A stretch of DNA of 63,835 bases, counting the filler, from Hyphochytrium catenoides (taxonomy: Eukaryota; Protista; Hyphochytriomycota), in assembly GCA_900088475.1 (NCBI GenBank). It is 9 parts of 9 records of this genome, joined end to end, with 100 filler letters (N's around TTAATTAATTAA, not from the genome) between each part and the next. Parts side by side here need not be neighbours in the genome. Positions count along the whole stretch, not along the records: positions 62,530 to 63,835 come from FLMG01000920.1; 8 more parts are not named here. The stretch is one strand, 5' to 3'. Positions within the stretch are counted from its first letter, which is position 1. Each line of letters starts with the position of its first letter. A model generated the notes under the pieces. It was given only the letters and a program-made list of their open reading frames with translations. It was not told the DNA's origin and made no database searches. This document shows positions 62,542 to 63,835 of this stretch, in pieces. Position numbers and translations under genes: made by a program.

Positions 62542-63835
62542 CTAGAGAGTGAAGCGTTGACGATCATGAAAAATACGAAGCGCTTCTTCACCATAGGGAA
62601 TCAGATTTGCTTCTGGTTCCCAAGTGGCATCAGAGAGTGGATACCCAAGCCACTTGACAAGATATTGACGCTGCCGGCGATATTCGCGAGCTTCAAAATC
62701 TTCTCGACATGATAGTGAAGATCGTGACCAAGAGGGCCGACAAACGGAGCTGGAGGAGGTTGCTTACGCCCTTGTAAGTGTTCCGGAGAAGGACGATAGG
62801 GTTCCAGCAACGAGACATGAAAAACTGGGTTAAGCTGATACGTTTTGGGCAATGTCAGCTTGTAGGCATCGTTACCAATCTTCTGGAGAACTGGAAAAGG
62901 ACCAAGGCGACGAGGTAAAAAGGTACGCCTTCCATCGCGACTTTCCGGGTTTACGATACCTTTAGCCTTAAGCCAGACCAGATCCGTTGGGTTAAAAGTC
63001 AACTCTCGGCGAGAGCGATTTGCGAGCTCGGCTTGATAAGCTTGAGCATGAAGAAGTTGGTCTTGAAGGGAGAGGTGGATCTCCTTCAATTGATCGAAGT
63101 GCCACGCTAGCTTAGGAACAGNNNNNNNNNNNNNNNNNNNNNNNNNNNNNNNNNNNNNNNNNNNNNNNNNNNNNNNNNNNNNNNNNNNNNNNNNNNNNNN
63201 NNNNNNNNNNNNNNNNNNNNNNNNNNNNNNNNNNNNNNNNNNNNNNNNNNNNNNNNNNNNNNNNNNNNNNNNNNNNNCGAGGTAAAAAAGTACGCTTTCC
63301 ATCGCGACTTTCCGGGTTTACGATACCTTTAGCCTTAAGCCAGACCAGATCCGTTGGGTTGAAAGTCAACTCTCGGCGAGAGCGATTTGCGAGCTCGCAT
63401 GAAGAAGTTGGTCTTGAAGGGAGAGGTGGATCTCCTTCAGCTGATCGAAGTGCCACGCTAGCTTAGCAACAGTAGGAACTGGTAGGTCAGCAGGTAGACA
63501 ACTGGATACATCATAACCGTAATTTGCCTTGAAAGGTGTGCACTTGAGAGAGCTTGCAAGAGAGTTATTCACCGCAAATTCGACGTAAGGAAGAAGTTCC
63601 TTCCATGTCTTATCAGGTAGTGTTAGCAGAAGACCTCGGAGAATCTGTTTCACGGTATGTATGGTACGTTCGGTCTGACCATCCGTCTCCGGGTGACGAG
63701 CAGTGGAAAGTCGATGATCCACTCCAGTGAGTTTGGTTAGCTCTGTAGAAGCGGCTAGTAAAACGAGAATCCCCATCAGTAATGAGAACTTCCGGAAAAC
63801 CATGGTTAACCACGACTTTTTCAAAGAAGACCTGA
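62542..63835 (-). mobile_element. Ty3/gypsy (chromovirus) pol C-terminus: integrase core, GPY/F and chromodomain; frameshifted
   Basis: HGFPEVLITDGDSRFTS, STARHPETDGQTER, EFAVNN, TPFKANYG, LGPFPV...YKLTLP...VFHVSLLEPY, and chromodomain YHVEKIL/YLVKWLGYPLSDATWEPEANL. Confidence 0.95.

Overview
Eukaryotic draft-assembly sequence, most likely from a stramenopile. It is not one locus: eight artificial 100-bp spacers (44 N + TTAATTAATTAA + 44 N) join nine unrelated scaffolds. Scaffold 1 (1-19346) is gene-poor. It holds a dead Helitron/Pif1-type helicase folded into two large diverged palindromes (about 1.5-5.4 kb) and two paralogous bHLH genes with a shared atypical signature. The remaining scaffolds carry a decayed Ty1/copia pol; an APP1-like HAD phosphatase fused to seven TPFG-type repeats and a CaaX box; Wee1 kinase convergent with an ELMO-domain gene; an oomycete-type PAN/Apple repeat gene end; G-protein beta, CLPTM1 and ARMC8 genes; an uninformative short scaffold; threonine dehydratase; and a Ty3/gypsy chromovirus integrase. 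Genes are intron-dense, and many introns carry sense-strand (CT)n tracts. All gene models were spliced by eye, so exon boundaries are approximate and no database searches were run.
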